Shown here: positions 62,927 through 64,000 of the stretch, in pieces
Layout: every line of letters starts with the position of its first letter
Numbering within the stretch: the first letter of the stretch is position 1
Origin: a virus
Length of the DNA: 64,000 nucleotides
IMG/VR virus record: IMGVR_UViG_3300029940_000031
Strand: one strand, 5' to 3'
Translations under genes and position numbers: made by a program
Notes under the pieces: generated by a model
Database searches by the model: none
What the model saw: the letters and a program-made list of their open reading frames with translations, nothing else
Told to the model about the DNA's origin: nothing

Positions 62927-63696
62927 TCGCGTGGAATTGCCTGATACCACGTAAATAAAAACTGATAAGCCGTAATTTCGTGCTTCTATATAGAGGGAAC
63001 GTGTTACGTGCGTGGCTAGCTGTTGGTCGTGCAGGGGGTACAGAGTATGCGCCTACAAAAACAGCACCCCTCATTAGAATCCTGTTCTTCTGGTGAGGGA
63101 GGGCGAGAACTTGCCCAGGGACGATTCCCTAAAAGGTTCGGGAGGTTATCGTTAGCATTACGGTGCTAGGGAGTACATTCAGTTTGTCGTGTAGGGACGA
63201 TATTACAAGGACAAGCCATAGAAAAAGGATGTATGCGGTGAAAATCGCTGAGTGAACAGGGTCTATACATACGGATACCTTATAAGTGACCGCATGGCGA
63301 AAACAAGACGCTTATCCATCTATTTTGATCGATTACTTTTTTGTGATCTTTCAAAGTAGGGGATAAATTTGCCTTCCAGCCGTGTTCCATAATCGTTCCC
63401 ACATGATAAAAACCCTCAAGACCTTCAGTCAAGCTTAATTACGAAGAAAAGCAGAAAAATATGAGAGTGTTTAACTCATGGGGGAATGAATCACTAAGAT
63501 AGAGGAATAAATATAGGATTTACTACTTTTTTGGTTAGAGGATAAGGGGACGGATGGTAGAATAGGTTTTATTGCAAGATTTGGTTTTACACATCGGATA
63601 TAGTACGTGAAATTTATAAGGTTAATTTCTTGTTTATAGAAATTAATTATTATTTTACAATTGATTAGAAGGATAAAATTTAAGGGGAATATTTTA

Positions 63697-64000
63697 TGAC
63701 TAATAATCTTATAGAGAAGAATTGGATAGATGATTTTATTAAAACAGATGTATTTTCAGAGGCTTTAGGTATGGTATGGCGTAATGGTTATGAATCAGGA
63801 GGTTATTTTCAATTCACTCATAAGTCACAAGTGATAGTAAAAAAGTTTGCTGATTTCTTTGGGAAAGAAACAAGATCAAGATATTGTGAAGATAAAGGGT
63901 ATGTGGAATGGTATATGTCTATGAATAGTGACCATCCATTTATTACAAAGGTAAAAGAATTTGGTTGGACACCGATACGAGGAAAATCTAGGTTATTTCC
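63697..64000 (+). CDS. Partial CDS (runs off the window), unknown function; faint LAGLIDADG-like look
   Basis: AAGGGGAA-N6-ATG; MTNNLIEKNWIDDF...ALGMVWRNGYESGGYFQF...VKEFGWTPIRGKSRLFP. Confidence 0.6.

Noticed and set aside
1-64000. Search for tRNA, rRNA and tyrosine-integrase/att features
   Set aside because: I found no cloverleaf-compatible sequence with a GTTCRAnYC T-loop, no rRNA-like conserved blocks, and no ORF with the R..HxxR..Y integrase pattern.

Overview
Low-GC, Bacillus-type (B. cereus-group-like) DNA. It reads as most of a temperate siphovirus that appears to be maintained as a plasmid (phage-plasmid), with accessory islands on both sides. Layout: (1) 0.1-10 kb holds minus-strand cassettes for small secreted or membrane proteins that share a promoter-proximal motif and a ~90-nt 3' element. 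A plus-strand HEPN + 4-TM gene pair and an FRG-domain gene interrupt this array. (2) 10-14.6 kb is an accessory island with palindromic operators, a wHTH-like gene plus a 339-aa gene, tandem IS6-family end remnants, an XRE gene, a second Rx4H protein and a GIY-YIG-like gene. (3) 15.1-17.7 kb carries an arbitrium-like AimR/AimP pair next to a CI/Cro switch with repeated GTTAC-N7-GTAAC operators. (4) 18-25.3 kb carries early genes: Rad52-like annealing protein, replisome organizer, DnaC-like loader, RecU and an ArpU-like late regulator. (5) 25.6-30.1 kb is an ORF-poor, hairpin-rich block, followed by small moron genes and a serine resolvase with res-like repeats. (6) 30.2-49.6 kb is a complete late operon from TerS to holin and amidase. 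(7) 49.8-53.5 kb on the minus strand carries an LXG toxin/immunity pair and a Y-family polymerase/YolD operon behind two LexA (Cheo) boxes. (8) 53.8-56.1 kb carries FtsK-like, replication-relaxation and membrane-protein genes. (9) 56.3-60.3 kb carries cargo cassettes separated by repeated scars of a MerR gene 3' end. (10) 60.5-62.4 kb is a ParA locus with two RHH-like genes and dense ATAGGGA iterons. (11) 62.6-63.7 kb is an ORF-free, GC-richer block followed by a partial gene. I saw no rRNA, tRNA, CRISPR array or tyrosine integrase. All functional calls come from reading motifs by eye. No database search or folding program was run.
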